Shown in pieces: positions 36,201 to 48,852 of a stretch of DNA of 64,000 nt. How positions within the stretch are numbered: the stretch's first letter is position 1; every line of letters begins with the position of its first letter. This DNA is from Anthoceros angustus (lineage: Eukaryota > Plantae > Anthocerotophyta). A program made the translations under genes and the position numbers. The DNA lies in contig MU008165.1 of assembly GCA_010909165.1 (NCBI GenBank), forward strand, positions 1,612,001 to 1,676,000. The letters are read 5' to 3'. The notes beneath the pieces were generated by a model. It saw nothing but the letters and a program-made list of their open reading frames with translations. It ran no database searches and was not told where the DNA came from.

Positions 36201-37050
36201 AAGGCAGTCCTGCAGGTCCTAAGCAAAGCACATGACCTAAGGGTAGCACTCATGAATCTTAAACCGCAGGGAATCTAAAACTATAAGGAAAACCCACGAC
36301 ATTGCACTGCTCTTTCTACATCCTCCGCCTCCGAACGATGGTTTCCGTCCTCACCGCGCACTATGACATCAACCTCCTCTTGAATACATTCTTGCTCACG
36401 CTCCTGCATGCAAGTCCTCCTTTGGGTCTTGCTCCACGGCCACCTGTAACCTCATCACGGTCCTCGAGTCCGAGGACACCGGCCCCAACATGCCTTCTTG
36501 CCCTTCCCTTGCTCTGTGACCTCGCCATAGGGCCATGTGATCCGTGGGTCTCCTTCTCCTTGTGCACTTTCTTATCCTTCTCCATGTCCTCACATTTCTT
36601 GTGCTTGGAGGCCTTTACCTCATTAGTTTTCTGGCATAGGCCACCGATGACTGCAACTTTTTCTCAACAAGGATGCCAATGGCCATCAACCTAGGGATCT
36701 TCCGATTAACTCGCGTATATCTTGAAAACCAAGTCGCCGATGTTTCTCCACTCCTTGTCGTGACTTATCCGATCCCTTCCACCCATAAGCATCATTGCCC
36801 TGCTACCCCAAACCGAGGGTAAGCACGCCCGGCCCACGCCTCCCTCAAACCTTGCTGCAACTTGCTTTGGCGAACATCCACTCCTTCCACCCGCAAGTTG
36901 TAGTCTCCTTCATGCCAAGACCAGCGAACGCCCACTTTGGCACGCCTCAAGGCTCGACTCACACTGAGCGGCTCAACATGTTTTTGAGGGCACGCTTTTG
37001 ATTCCTTGAGATGCCTAACCTCCCTCATCGAGGAAGCCATGTCACTCCAA
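33240..37050 (-). pseudogene. Cargo ORF 3, unknown and probably multi-exon, frameshifted (second copy about 43130-46830)
   Basis: Minus-strand segments KTNEVKASKHKKCEDMEK, SVEDLISLS..YNKEVRLCGA, TLKKERTPQWIP, ARYFRMHALFCVEIYSMHL and LITPPRGRPPIPKRPIRFACWPMHNYVMES are largely retained in both copies. Confidence 0.45.
35400..35725. repeat. About 38-40 bp minisatellite, 8-9 units (second array about 45240-45560)
   Basis: CAGTGCACAACGTGACATGATGACGATGAACAAATGCC-like units. Confidence 0.9.
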
Positions 37051-38560
37051 CACCGAGCACCTCGACCCACTCCAGACACCGCACATGTGCACACATTTGC
37101 ATTAAGCCGCTCAAGTTCTTCAATGACACACGAGGATCGAGAAGCTGCACTCGCACCCACCCAAGGCCACCTCACACCAGACACACTGCACCAGACATGT
37201 GCACACAAGACCGCAGCGCTCAAGTTCTTCACTCCACAAGACACAAGGAGAAGCGCACATCGGCACCCACTCCAACAAAATCACAATGCCACCACAAGCC
37301 TAGCACCACATGTGCACACAAGAGCATTATTCAGCTCAAGTCCTTCACGTAACATTGCACACAAGGAATGATCAAAGGAGCCGCCCTCGGCACCCACTAG
37401 AGCACCCTCACACGCCAAGACCTCACCGAGCCCAGACATGTCCACAATGCATTAAGCCGGCTCAAGTTCTTCGTGGACACCATAGACAAGGGAAGCCGCG
37501 TCGGCACCCACTCAAGGCTAGCACCCTCACGCGCAACATCTCACGGCCCGGATCACGCACATGTGCACAAGAGCATTACTCAGCTCAAGTCCTTCATCGT
37601 GACATTGAACACACGGAATGATCAAAGTGCACCTCGCAAGCACTGAGCACCTCACACGCCCAAAGACCTCAGAGCATGCACATGTCCACACAAGTTAAGC
37701 CGGCTCAAGTTCTTCTGACACCAGACAATGAGAAGCCGCACGCCGGCACCCACTCGCCAGCACCCTCACGCGCAAGATCTCACACTGCACCGCAGACATG
37801 TGCACACAGAGCATTATTCATGCTCAAGTCCTTCATCGTGACATTGAACACACGGAATGATCAAAGGAGCCGCACCGCACTGATCGAGCACCTCACACGC
37901 CCAAAGACCTCCCCTAGAGCATGCACATGTCCACACAAGACCGTTGCGGCTCAAGTTCTTCGACACCACAGACAATGAGAAGCCACGCCCCCACTCCAAG
38001 GCCAGCCTCACGACAAGATCTCATGCCCCCCGACATGTGCACACAAGAGCATTATTCAGCTCAAGTCCTTCACCGTGACATTGAACACACGGAATGATCA
38101 AAGGAGCCGACCCCACAGCATCGAGCACCTCACACGCCCAAAGACCTCACGCTAGAGCATGCACATGTCCACACAAGACCGCGTTGCCCAAGTTCTTCGG
38201 ACACCACATAATGAGAAGCCGCACACCACTCCAAGGCCAAGACCTCACAAGACAAGATCTCACCTGCACTCGCACATGTGCACACAAGAGCGTAAGCAAG
38301 GCTCAAGTCCTTCATCGTGACATTGAACACAAGGAATGATCAAAGGAGGCCGCACCCACTGAGCACCTCACACGCCCAAAGACCTCAAATTTCTAGAGCA
38401 TGCACATGTCCACACAAGACCGTTAAGCTGCTCAAGTTCTTCAAAGGACACCACGATAATGAGAAGCCGCACGCCGCACCCACTCCAAGGCCAAGACCTC
38501 ACGCCGCAAGACAAAGATCTCACACTGCACTGCATGTGCACACAAGAGCGTAGCAAGCCT
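37040..38560. repeat. About 240-bp tandem array, about 6 units, each made of two related ~120-bp halves (copy A)
   Basis: GGAATGATCAA marker at about 37365, 37615, 37854, 38091 and 38333. Confidence 0.92.
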
Positions 38561-39936
38561 CGTGGCGCAAAACACCGATTGCCACACAAGGCACATTACC
38601 TTCAAAATCGACAAACAAAACTGCTGATTCCAGCCGCCGCAGCTGATCTTGCATGTGGGGAGCCCGCTCGCATGTATGGGAAGGAGGGCTCATAAGAAGC
38701 CCCACATAGCTCACAATGCAAAGACAAAGGGTTGATTACAACAACGAGCTCGAGCACGCGAACTTTTGAGCCCGCGAGTGTGATCACGGGCCGGATGTGG
38801 GCGAGCAAGTGAGATTGCATCCAGCCGCTCGTATGGCGGGATCAACTCAAGATCGAGCTCGCGATGGCAATAGCGAGAGTGCACCCACGCCAGAAGGCCG
38901 AATTAAGCGGTTGACCAGCAAGTCCGCAGCGATGATTGCGATCGTGCACTTCCAACAATTGAAGCGGTGAGGATGATGATGTTGATGATGTCTCGAGAGA
39001 TGGCGAGATATCTTGGAAGTTGGAGATAACTTCCTTGTCTTGAGACCCTGAGATGAAGGGCTGGATTTTTACTTGACACTAAGGCCAAGCACACGTTCGA
39101 GTCTCGGTATTGCCCTTGGAGTAAAAGAGAATTCCAGTGGGAGGAGGTGGTTGTCGGACAATACTATATGTTGGAAAAGCATTTGCCCGAGTGTATAGCT
39201 TGCCTTGGGATCCGGAGGAATGCATTTTGCCACTCAAATTGTTCGAGACATGCAAGTTCACAATGGCACCACATGGGCACGATGGAGAAGTCCCTATATA
39301 GGCTAACCACGAGCCGTGAACAAGTCACGCCTATGTCTATGAAAGCGAGGAAGGTGAGTACTCTTACCGGGAAGTCGTAGTTACGGTGGTTCATGATCAA
39401 TCATGGTCTTGAGATGAGCACAACCCGATTCGATCAACACGCGTCGCGTGCGGAGAACAATTAATGCGTGCCCGATGATGTTATTTTCACATTGTTTGCG
39501 TTTATCGAGATCTATGTTGTCACCACATTTACGGGTGCCGAGTTTACTAGGCGTTGTCACACCTGTCACAGGCTTTGCAAGGTCTGTAGTTTCACAACAT
39601 GTTTTGGCTCAAGACTTGTGACCCAAATTGCTATAACGCTGCATCTTTTTGATATATGTTTCGTTGCCACGATAGATCATGTTCATTCTGCGGTCTTGAG
39701 ATGAGCACAACCCGATTGGATGAACACACTGTCGCGAGGAGGACAATTAATGCAAGTCGTGCCCCAGGTTTCTATTTTCACATTGCTGCGTTTTCGGCTA
39801 TGTTGTCACTGTTTAGTCATTTACTAGACTGTTGTCTGTTGTCAAGACTTTGCTGTCTGGTTTATGGCTCAGACTTGATTTGCTATATGTGCATGATATA
39901 TGTGTTGTAAATGATGCTCTAAGACTTGTGTATCTT

Positions 39937-40606
39937 GGGATGTGGTATATGTGGGTGTGGGTATGTGTATGTGGGTGGTGTATATGTGGGTGTGGGTATG
40001 GTATGTGTGGTATGGGTATGTGGTATGTGGGATGTATGTGGTGGAGTATGTGGGTATGTGTATGTGGGTATGTGGGTATGTGGGTATGTGGGGATGTGGG
40101 TATGTGATGTGGGATGTGGGATGTGGGATGTGGGGATGTGGGGATGTGGGATGTGGGATGTGGGATGTGGGATGTGGGATGTGGGGATGTGGGGATGTGG
40201 GGATGTGGGGATGTGGGATGTGGGATGTGGGATGTGGGGATGTGGGATGGGATGTGGGATGGGATGTGGATGTGGGATGTGGGGATGTGGATGGGGTGTG
40301 GGGATGTGGGATGATGTGGGATGTGGGATGGGATGTGGGATGGGGATGTGTGATGTGGGATGTGGGGATGTGGGATGTGGGATGTGGGATGTGGGGATGT
40401 GGGATGTGGGATGTGGGATGTGGGGATGTGGGGATGTGGGGATGTGGGATGTGGGGATGTGGGGATGTGGGATGTGATGGGATGGGGATGGGGATGTGGA
40501 TGTGGGATGGGATGTGGGATGGGATGTGTGTATGTGGGATGTGGGATGTGGGATGTGTGGGGATGTGGGGATGTGGGGATGCGGGATGTGGGTATGCTGA
40601 TGTGGG
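39937..40606. repeat. G-rich (GGGATGT)n simple repeat, copy B
   Basis: Directly visible, about 0.67 kb. Confidence 0.95.
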
Positions 40607-43600
40607 TCGCCCGCTTGTTAGGTTACTCAGGGCGTGCGCTTTCTCACAATCCTTCTTACTTATTTTGGCGGACAGTCCGTGAGTGCGGCGGCGTTGTTAG
40701 TGCGTGCGGGGCGGTGTTGACGGGACTCTTCATTCCGGGGCCGGAGTGGAGGGTCCATGGCAAACCAAACTCGGGAGTTGGAGGGAGGCGTCGCAGCGGC
40801 CGAAGTGTCTACTCCACGCCCGACCTCAAGACGCGTTGAATGTGAGGAGGATGCTTTTCTATTGTCACGTTTGTGCTTGATGAGGACAACGCATCGGTTA
40901 TGGCACGGCAGGCTGCATGTTGTGATTCCGCTCCGGTTGGAATGTCAAGCTTGTATCCTTTGGATCTTCAAAGCGATCCGACTTGGGAGTTGGGGTATTT
41001 GGGTAGGAATGCTAATGAAGGCACGTTAGAATTTGCTGCAGGCACAGTCGGCCGCCTGCAGGATCCGAGCATGCCGAGGCGGTGGTGGGTGTCGTGGCCA
41101 TAAAACAGCGGTATGTGCAAATTCAAGTTGAGACATTCGAGGTTACTAGCTTGGGCTTCAAGGTGCAAAAGGAGTTCTGGACAAAATTCAAACATTGGTG
41201 CGACATACGCTAAGAGACAATCGTCGACTCGGGAGGCTGGGTGACTTGGTTGCAACCACCAGCAAGAGGTTGATTGTCCACATGTTGAAGGTTCTAACGG
41301 CAATAACAAATAGGTTTGAAAACGAAAGAGGGCGCGGTGGTAAGCGATCCACCCAGTGGTTTCAAGTTCATGTGTTGTCCTTGAAGGCAGTAACTTCTTT
41401 GAGAAGTTGTAGTGGGCTATAGCAAGCATGAAGCGGCGTTAAGAACTTTGTGGATGTGTTTGAGACATTGCTTCGCGCTTCATTTGACTTGTTGTGAAAT
41501 TCTTTATCTCGTAAATGGCCCTAGTTTTCCCATTTTCAATCATTGCAAACAAAGCGACTCCATGCACTCTTGTCGGACTCTTGGTCACGTTGGCCTCAAA
41601 TCTTTGGTCCCCTATGCCGGGTTCGACAAGTTGAAAGGATCGAGGTCGAATTTTCAAAATCTATCGCCTGATTGGCCATCCAGCCTTGCTTTCCTTACAC
41701 TTGGGCATGTTCTAAAGTAATCATGTCACCCACCTTTCGGTGGCCTTATGCACACGTGGCCTCCGCATTGGCAATTTAAAGCCGGCAAGCACTTCGTAGA
41801 CCACGCAAGCTAGCCGCCTTTGTCCTTTGTGGAGATCGGTTGCGGACTTCGCTCTTGTATGCAATGGAAGCGATTGCGAGGAGTGGTTGGTGTGGGGAGG
41901 GACATGGAATCTTCAAGCCGGATTAGGCAAGCTGGCCAGGCACCCTCTTGGCGGAGGTGAGCGCCCATTTGTCAATGAAAGTCACCTTGGCCGCACTACT
42001 TGCATCGAATGGAACGGGCCAAGGCACGCAAGCGCCAGGAAGAAGGTCCGAGATCGGGTGTGGCCCCATATGCCAAGCCTTCCACGCTGCACACATCATG
42101 GAGGTGGTCGGGTTGGCGGCACCGATCTGCCGATTCGGCGGGGGACTCAAGCGAGGAGGACAGCGATGTGATAGATTGAGGGCGCCAGGTCGGGCAACAA
42201 GTTCCTTCCGTCTGGCTAGCTCGCACATCCACGACACTAGATAGGTTGTGTGACAATGGGTGGATGGCGAATCCCTTGATGCTTATTTTGTGGCATTGTA
42301 CATTACATCGACTTTGGGCCACGAGGGTGGTGAAATCGGTGGTGTGGCATATTTTGGATCTTTGGTTTCATGTTAAAGCTGGTTCTGCGGTAGCCTCTTT
42401 GTTGTGTGTTCTCCCACAAAATGTCTACATGGCGTGTGTCATTAATCGTGTCATTGGAATTGCATATGTGTGTGCCACGAGCTCGAGCGGATCGACTCAC
42501 GAATTGTTTTCGTAGACCATCCGAGGCCCTCTTTTCTCGCGCAATCGGGTTTGCTCGTAATTGAGCAATTACAACCTAGCTTCCTCCCAACGCGTTGCTA
42601 AGAACTACAAACGGAGAATTGCTTCACAGACCCACAAAAACCGGTGCATTCTCCCACAAGTAACATGATTGTCAAAAGTGCAAGGATTCACATCTATGCC
42701 AATTATGGATGCTTGCACATTAATCTGTCCATCCACGGATCCTACGTCTCAAGCCTTGACAAAAAGTGACCACAGGACTAAGAACAAAGCAAGCCCATGT
42801 ATATTTTGCAGGACCCCTCCCTTTATGTCGCCACAACTTGATCCAACCATGTTCTATATCCAGCAGAGAGCCGTAAAGGCTGAGTGTTCTTGTTCTTCTC
42901 ATTGGCCACAGGAATAGCTACCATTGGAAACTTCGTGGTCGGGGAGCCTCAAAGCATTATTGGGTCACCACGTGGCCCTGAATCCAAAGTGGTAGGCACT
43001 TTTGTCGATGAGGCACGCTCATAGTAGTAACCTTTTCACAACCTTTTCACCTGCAAAATCTCACCACCCTGGATCTTGATTTGCACTAATGTGACCATGG
43101 GCTCATGCAGCAATACATACCACGAACTTTCTCTTTATTACCAGCCTCGAGCACATGAAGTTATCTCACTGGACGCACTTCCAAACCGCGGTTGTTCCAC
43201 CATGGCACTTTGTGAAGCTTTCTTGGGACGCCTGGTCTCCGGACTTGAGGCACCCTTCCGCTTTCAAGTTCACAGTGCCTCCCTTTTCTACGCAAAGGCG
43301 GCGTCGTCCACGGATACCTCCACCACTTGGTGCGTGATGCTTCGGAAGTGGCGATTTCTCCGCATCCTTATGAATGACAATAGCCACTTCCGGTGGCACA
43401 CATAGTGGCCGCTTGGTAGAATCGGCCATTGGAACACCACAAGTGGCCACATCCATACCGGTCTGCAAAGCCACCGCCATAGTGGTCACGTCCTCCCCAT
43501 CCTTCTTGGGCACCTCCACCTCATCTTCTAGTTGCATCCGGGTCACTTGACGGGCACAAGTTCTGAGTTGCGTGTTAAATGCACTGTATGTGTCATTCTT

Positions 43601-46600
43601 GGCCAGAGTTTCATCATCATGCACAAGGTGGGTGTCCACCGCACGACGAGTCTCGGTGTAGAAAACACAGGTATCCTCCGCCGCTGGTATCCTCTTCCGC
43701 CGGGTATCCTCTTCTGCGCATTGCGATCTTCAACACACCGAGTTGTAGGTGGCCTTGTTGGGTGAGCGACCACACATGGGTGCCACCTTGTGGACCAATC
43801 GACCCATGTCGGTGAGTGGAACAGCGGGGCCGCAAACAAAGAAGTCGCCACGTGAGAGGCATCTGCATCAACCAAAGGAGCCAACCCCAAACATGACATC
43901 ACCGCCACATGAGTGGGCCAAATACGCGTCTGCGCACCGCACGTGCCTCACGAGACTCAATCCACAGGTTTGAGACACAGGGACCACCGATCCGCGACTC
44001 CATGACATAGTTGTGCATTGGCCAACAGGGCGAATCAATGCTTTGGGATAGGTGGCCGCTGCCCACGTGGTGGTGTGATCAACGCCTCGACAAGCGAGGG
44101 CAGCGTGACCTACTATGTGCCTAGGGACAAGCGAGAATTGCTATTAGCACAAAGGTCATATAGCTTTTCCATGCAAAGCAACAACCTTAGAGCACTACTA
44201 ACGGAGACTCATGAACGCCTTCTTATGTGAGTCACCAGGGCACTATCTGTATCGGCAGTCCCAACAATTCTTCCAAACGGTGCTCCATGATGTGGAATTC
44301 TTGCAGTGACCATGATAATGCTCATCCACTCGTTCGGTCACGTTCCGGGCATCCGTTGGACTCCACTAGTGAATGGCCAACCCTTGGCCTGCAACCACAT
44401 CCGGACTTGAAGAGAACAAGCGATTGGGCAGTCACCACGAGCATGTGTTGGTAGAGGCGCATCGCAAAGTGCCCACAAGGGAGGAAAACAAAGTCATAGC
44501 ATCCGAATCCCTACATAGCACCACAAAAACCAGTTGCGATAGATGCATGGGAATAGATCTCGACACAAAACAAGGCATGCATACTGGCAAGTACGGTGTA
44601 CACGCGGCGCCGTGATGGAGGCTACATTCGCTAGTGTAAGAATGGAATCCATTGAGGAGTCCTTTCTTTCTTGAGCGTCAAGCTATGTATGCGGCCAAAG
44701 GCATCATGTAAATCCTCCGATTAACGATTCGTTGGGCGTCACGCTTTTTGGCTCTCGATTGTCCGCCGCCTCCGCAATTGTGCACGGACACGAGCAACAT
44801 GTGCATCTTCTACAAGACGATTACATAATTAGCTCGTGTGAGTATGAAGTTGATGGCTCCACATAACCGCACCTCCTTGTTATAGCAGATTGCGCCAAGG
44901 GCGCTCTGTGAGCTCCCCTAGAGCAATTTTTCTTTGCAAGGTTGCTTGTCCTCGCTTGCAATCACCGGACTGGTCTCTTGCTTGACAAGGAGATGAGGTC
45001 TTCCACCGATTCGTTTTGATCTTTGTGTGCAACTCTAAGCGTATCTACTACACGAAAACAAGTGTGCAGGACAACTTGAGGAAATGCTAACATGTCCACC
45101 ATGCCACCCAAGAAGACAAGATGAGAAAGTGCCACAGTCCAAAATGTGACGAATGCCGCATGAATAGCACATGTGTCCACAATGTCACATAATAACAATG
45201 GCATCAATTGTAAAGATGTCCATGACAACATGACGGGGGAGAAATGCCCACAGTGCACAACGTGACATGATGAAGATGAACAAATGCCCACAGTGCTGGC
45301 GTGACATGATGATGATGAACAAATGCCCACAAGTGCACAAAGTGACATGATGAGATGAACAATTGCACGGGTACAACGTGAGATGATGACGGCATGAGCG
45401 AGGCCTACGGTGCTGGCGTGACATGATGACGGCATGAGCGGATGCCTACGGTGCACTGGCGTGACACGATGATGAGCGGATGCCTACGGTGCTGGCGTAC
45501 GATGGCGGCATGAACAAATGCTTACAGTGCTGCGTGGCGTGACATGATACGCGATGAACAAATCGTCACTTCCACCGTGAATACACGGCGGCCAAAGCGC
45601 CCACACTCCAAGACGTCCGTATCACCCGGCCATGCCGCATGACGGGACTGTGAGACGGCGACAAGCCACTACATGCGAGACATGGCGACATGACACCACT
45701 AGGTGTTGATGTGTGATGGCCAAAGCGCACGGATAGATGTCGGAATGCCCATGAGGCCCCTCTCCCTCCCTCCCTCCCGTGAAGAATCCTCACAATTGAG
45801 CTACGCAGAGTCTATCTCGAATCCACGAGAAAACACCAAGCTCACACAACGTACATTAGCGGTAAGTGAACTTTACAAGGCGAGGCTAAGTCAAAAAGCA
45901 AAGAACTTGTCAAGCTTGTTGCTCCCTCTGCAATCTATAAGAGCAAGCTCACATAAATCAAGCTCAAACACATTAAACGTGATGGATGCGAAAACCGAAC
46001 AAACCCTTCCAAATGAGCGTTGGGCTCAAGGCAGTCCTGCAGGTCCTAAGCAAAGCACATGACCTAAGGGTAGCACTCAGAATCTTAAACCGCGGAATCT
46101 AAAACTATAAGGAAAACCCACGACATTGCACACTGTCTCCGGTTCTACATCCTCCGCTCCGAACGCATGGTTTCCGTCCTCCTCGGCCCTATGACATCAA
46201 CCTCCTCTTGAGAATACATTCTTGCTCACGCTCCGTGCATGCAAGTCCTCATTTGGTCTTGCTCTCCACCGGCGTCACCTCTAACCTCATCACGGTGTCC
46301 TCAGTCAGGGACACCGCCACCTTCTTGCCCTTCCTCTGTGACCTCGTCATAGGGCCATGTGATCCAGTCTCCTTCTCCTTGTGCACTTTCTTCTCCATGT
46401 CCTCACATTTCTTGTGCTTGGAGGCCTTTACCTCATTAGTTTTCTGCATAGGCCAGCGGACACATGCAACTTTTTCTCAACAAGGATGCCAATGGCCATC
46501 AACCTAGGGATCTTCGCCCCGATGCTAACTTGCCGTATATCTTGAAAACCAAGTCGATGTTTCTCCACTCCTTGTCGGCTTATCATCCCTTCCACCCATA

Positions 46601-46859
46601 AGCATCATTGCTCAGTTACCCCAAACCGGAGGGTAAGCACGCGTCCCGCCGCCTCCCTCAAACCTTGCTGCAACTTGCTTTGGCGAACATCCACTCCTTC
46701 CACCCATTGTAGTCTCCTTCATGCCAAGACCCGGGAACGCTTCCACTTTGCACGCCTCCAAGGCTCGACTCACACGCGCTCAACATGTTTTTGAGGGCAC
46801 GCTTTTGATTCCTTGAGATGCCTAATGTCTCCTCCTCATCGAGGAAGCCATGTCACTCC

Positions 46860-48310
46860 AACACGAGCACCTCGGCACTCCAGATACGCACATGTGCACA
46901 CATTTGCATTAAGCTGCTCAAGTTCTTGACGGCACACAGAGGATCGGGCGCACCTCGGCACCTCAAGGCCACCCTCACGCCCGGCACCTCACGGCCCAGA
47001 ACGCACATGTGCACACAAGACCGCAGCAGGCTCAAGTTCTTCACTCCGGCGCACACGGAGGCACGCCGGCACCCACTCAACAAAATCACAATGCCACCAC
47101 CTCACAAGCCTACGCACATGTGCACACAAGAGCATTATTCGAGGCTCAAGTCCTTCAACGTAACATTGCACACAAGGAATGATCAAGGAGCCACCTCGGC
47201 ACCCACTAGAGCACCCTCACACGCCCACCTCACAGAGCTGCACATGTCCACAGCAGGCCGTTAGCTCAAGTTCTTGAGGACACCATAGACAAGGGAAGCC
47301 GCGTCGGCACCCACTCAAGGCTAGCACCCTCACGCGCAACATCTCACGGCCCGGATCACGCACATGTGCACAAGAGCATTACTCGGGCTCAAGTCCTTCA
47401 ACGTGACATTGAACACACGGAATGATCAAAGGCGCACCTCGGCCTGTTGGAGCACCCTCACCGCAGGCCTCACAGAGCATGCACATGTCCACACAACCGT
47501 TAAGCTCAAGTTCTTGATGACACCAGACAATGAGAAGCCGTCGGCACCACTCCAGAGGCCTCACCTCACGCCACGACATCTCGGCCCGGACCAGCATGTG
47601 CACAAGAGCATTATTCGAGGCTCAAGTCCTTCAACGTGACATTGAACACACGGAATGATCAAGGAGTCGGCTGGAGCACCCTCACCGCCCGACACCTCAC
47701 CCTAGAGCATGCATGTCCACACAAGGCCGTTAAGCGGCTCAAGTTCTTGATGACACCACGCAATGAGAAGCCGCGTCGGCACCCACTCAAGGCCCGGCAC
47801 CCTCACGCGCCTGACATCTCACGGCCCGGACCGCACATGTGCACAAGAGCGTAGCAAGGCTCAAGTCCTTGACATTCACAAGGAATGATCAAAGGCGCCT
47901 CGGCACCCGGAGCACCCTCACGCCCGACCTCACGGCCTAGAGCATGCACATGTCCACACAAGACCGTTAAGCGGCTCAAGTTCTTGATGACACCGACAAT
48001 GAGAAGCCGCGTCGGCACCCACTCAAGGCCCGGCACCCTCAGCGCCCACATCTCACGGCCCGGACCTGCACACAAGAGCGTAAAGCAAGGCTCAAGTCCT
48101 TCAACATGACATTGAACACGGAATGATCAAAGGCCTCGGCACCCCAACGAGCACCTCACGCCACGCCCTAGAGCATGCACATGTCACACAAGACCGTTAA
48201 GCGGCTCAAGTTCTTGATGACACCACAATGAGAAGCCCGTCGCCACCCACTCCAAGGCCAAGACCTCACGGATCTCACTGCACCACACATGTGCACACAA
48301 GGCGTAAGCA
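46860..48310. repeat. About 240-bp tandem array, copy B
   Basis: GGAATGATCAA marker at about 47176, 47419, 47652, 47882 and 48120. Confidence 0.92.
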
Positions 48311-48820
48311 AGCCTCGAACACACTGCCACACAAGGCACATTACCTTCAAAGCACAAACAAAAGCTAGCGATTCCAGCCGCGGCCGATCTTGCATGTGGG
48401 GAGCCCGCGTTACAGAAGGAAGGAGGGCTCCTTAAAGCCCCATAGCTCACAATGCAGCAAAGGGTTGATTACAACAACGAGCTCGAGCACGCGAACTTTT
48501 GAGCAGGAGTGTCGATGTCGGAGATGTGGGGAGCAAGTCAGAGATTGCATCCGGTATCTCGGCGGAGGATCAACTCATCGAGCTCGCGATGGCAATAGCG
48601 AGTGCACCCAGTAAGGCCGAATTGGGGTGGCGGTTGACTTACCACCGGATAAAACAGATCCAAGTAAAGTAAAGTAAGTTAAAGTAAATAATAGCAAACG
48701 AAAAGTATATAAAAGTGAAACTAACATATATTGAAATATTATTTTAATGAAAACTTAAAGTCACCCTCTCACATCTCTCTATCCTTTTCAAAGTAACCAA
48801 GTGTACCAAGCCATATGGTA

Positions 48821-48852
48821 CTAAAGTGTACCACCAAACCATGCTACCACCC
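48821..48852 (-). repeat. Right TIR (reverse complement GGGTGGTAGCATGGTTTGGTGGTACACTTTAG)
   Basis: Inverted match to 25755-25785, followed by TSD TATG. Confidence 0.9.

Larger units (their letters stand above)
29001..48638. repeat. About 9.8 kb tandem duplication inside the Sola2-like element (A 29001-38906; B 38907-48638)
   Basis: Collinear similarity over the whole length. GCGGTTGAC occurs at 29001, 38907 and 48630. Confidence 0.95.
25755..48852 (+). mobile_element. Sola2-like cut-and-paste DNA transposon, 23.1 kb, with cargo
   Basis: Imperfect TIRs (26/32 matches) start with GGG. A 4-bp TSD TATG lies at 25751-25754 and 48853-48856. Removing the element restores copia GTLI|KGETY in frame. 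It encodes a DDD transposase with Sola2-type motifs. Confidence 0.85.

Noticed and set aside
35400-38560. CRISPR-like arrays
   Set aside because: Contiguous tandem repeats without unique spacers, eukaryotic context and no cas genes.
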